Below are positions 22,568 to 23,174 of a DNA stretch of 23,174 nucleotides, piece by piece. A program made the translations under genes and the position numbers. The notes beneath the pieces were generated by a model. The model did no database searches, was not told the origin of the DNA, and was given only the letters and a program-made list of their open reading frames with translations. Positions within the stretch are counted from its first letter, which is position 1, and every line of letters begins with the position of its first letter. This DNA is from Macrostomum lignano (lineage: Eukaryota): contig NIVC01002122.1 in NCBI GenBank assembly GCA_002269645.1, forward strand, positions 1 to 23,174, given 5' to 3'.

Positions 22568-23062
22568 CTCTGAGACGTCATGAACGCTGCAGATCAGAAC
22601 AATTTGCTCATATCTTACAATATTTCAATGATAATAAAAAATGACACATCCAAACCTATTCTCGCAGTTTTTCTTTGCACTTCATTTTAGGGAGCAGAAA
22701 GATGAGATAGTTGGGGATTTCGGGAGCCATAATCACAGCAGCTGGATTATCTCTGAGGCTATAATTATAAGAATTTATGTTCCTACATACAAGCGGGGCA
22801 GCTGTGACTGATTTGCAAGACAAAAAACCATCACGAATTGCTGCAGAAATCTGCATTTATACAGAGGCAGACACGGCGCTCAATCATCACGTTTGCTAAA
22901 ACAAGAAACAGGAATTCAGGGAAAAAGAACAGGAGCAATACGGCTTCATTCATTATCCTGCTATTATTTTAACTTCAAAGGGGCAGCCTAGCCTGCAAGT
23001 AAACACAGGTTGTGCGGGTTGGAAAAACTGCTTAAGCCTGAATTCATACAATGCCTTTCATA

Positions 23063-23174
23063 GGCTGTGTTTTATGGAGTTTTAGCCATGTGTTTTATGG
23101 AGTTTGAGCCAGTTGTGTTTTATGGAGCTTTAGCCATGTGTTTTATGGAGTTTGAGCCAGGTGTTTTATGGAGC
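23063..23174. repeat. ~22-25-bp tandem repeat (TGTGTTTTATGGAGTTT[G]AGCCA), >=5 copies, truncated by window end
   Basis: GTGTTTTATGGAG recurs. Confidence 0.9.

Noticed and set aside
21617-22581. S/L/F-rich membrane-like and E/R/K-rich ORFs
   Set aside because: Translations of the GA/TC low-complexity tract.
22656-22856. 66-aa minus-strand ORF as an upstream CSPP1 exon
   Set aside because: No recognisable similarity, AT-rich composition unlike the other exons, and no supported splice path.

Overview
Eukaryotic (animal) genomic DNA with three spliced protein-coding genes, all on the minus strand. I reconstructed the exons by hand from splice signals and reading-frame phase. (1) 577-5614: an intact 4-exon nuclear receptor, here called NR-B (~463 aa, C4 zinc-finger DBD plus full LBD with AF-2), with one GC-AG intron. 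(2) 7440-9872: its tandem paralogue NR-A (2 exons, ERR-type P-box CEACKA), with a 1-nt frameshift in a C4 run inside the LBD. (3) 12995 to about 21430/21585: a CSPP1 (centrosome and spindle pole-associated protein 1) orthologue with at least 8 exons and about 1220 aa or more; its 5' end is unresolved. All 11 introns and most spacers carry their own tandem array (18-49 bp units, plus a (CCTG)n tract), and these arrays explain most long ORFs in the track. There are also a TA-flanked foldback/MITE, a hAT-Charlie-like non-autonomous element filled with a GA tract, and a small MITE relic. GC-rich exons with poly-Q/G/A runs plus minisatellite-filled introns suggest a Macrostomum-like flatworm, which is an inference and not proven. 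No rRNA, tRNA or CRISPR array is supported. The main leads are the divergent NR3/ERR-like pair with altered P-box and expanded D-box, an intron built from about 40 copies of its own splice donor, and motif-dense arrays between the two receptor genes.
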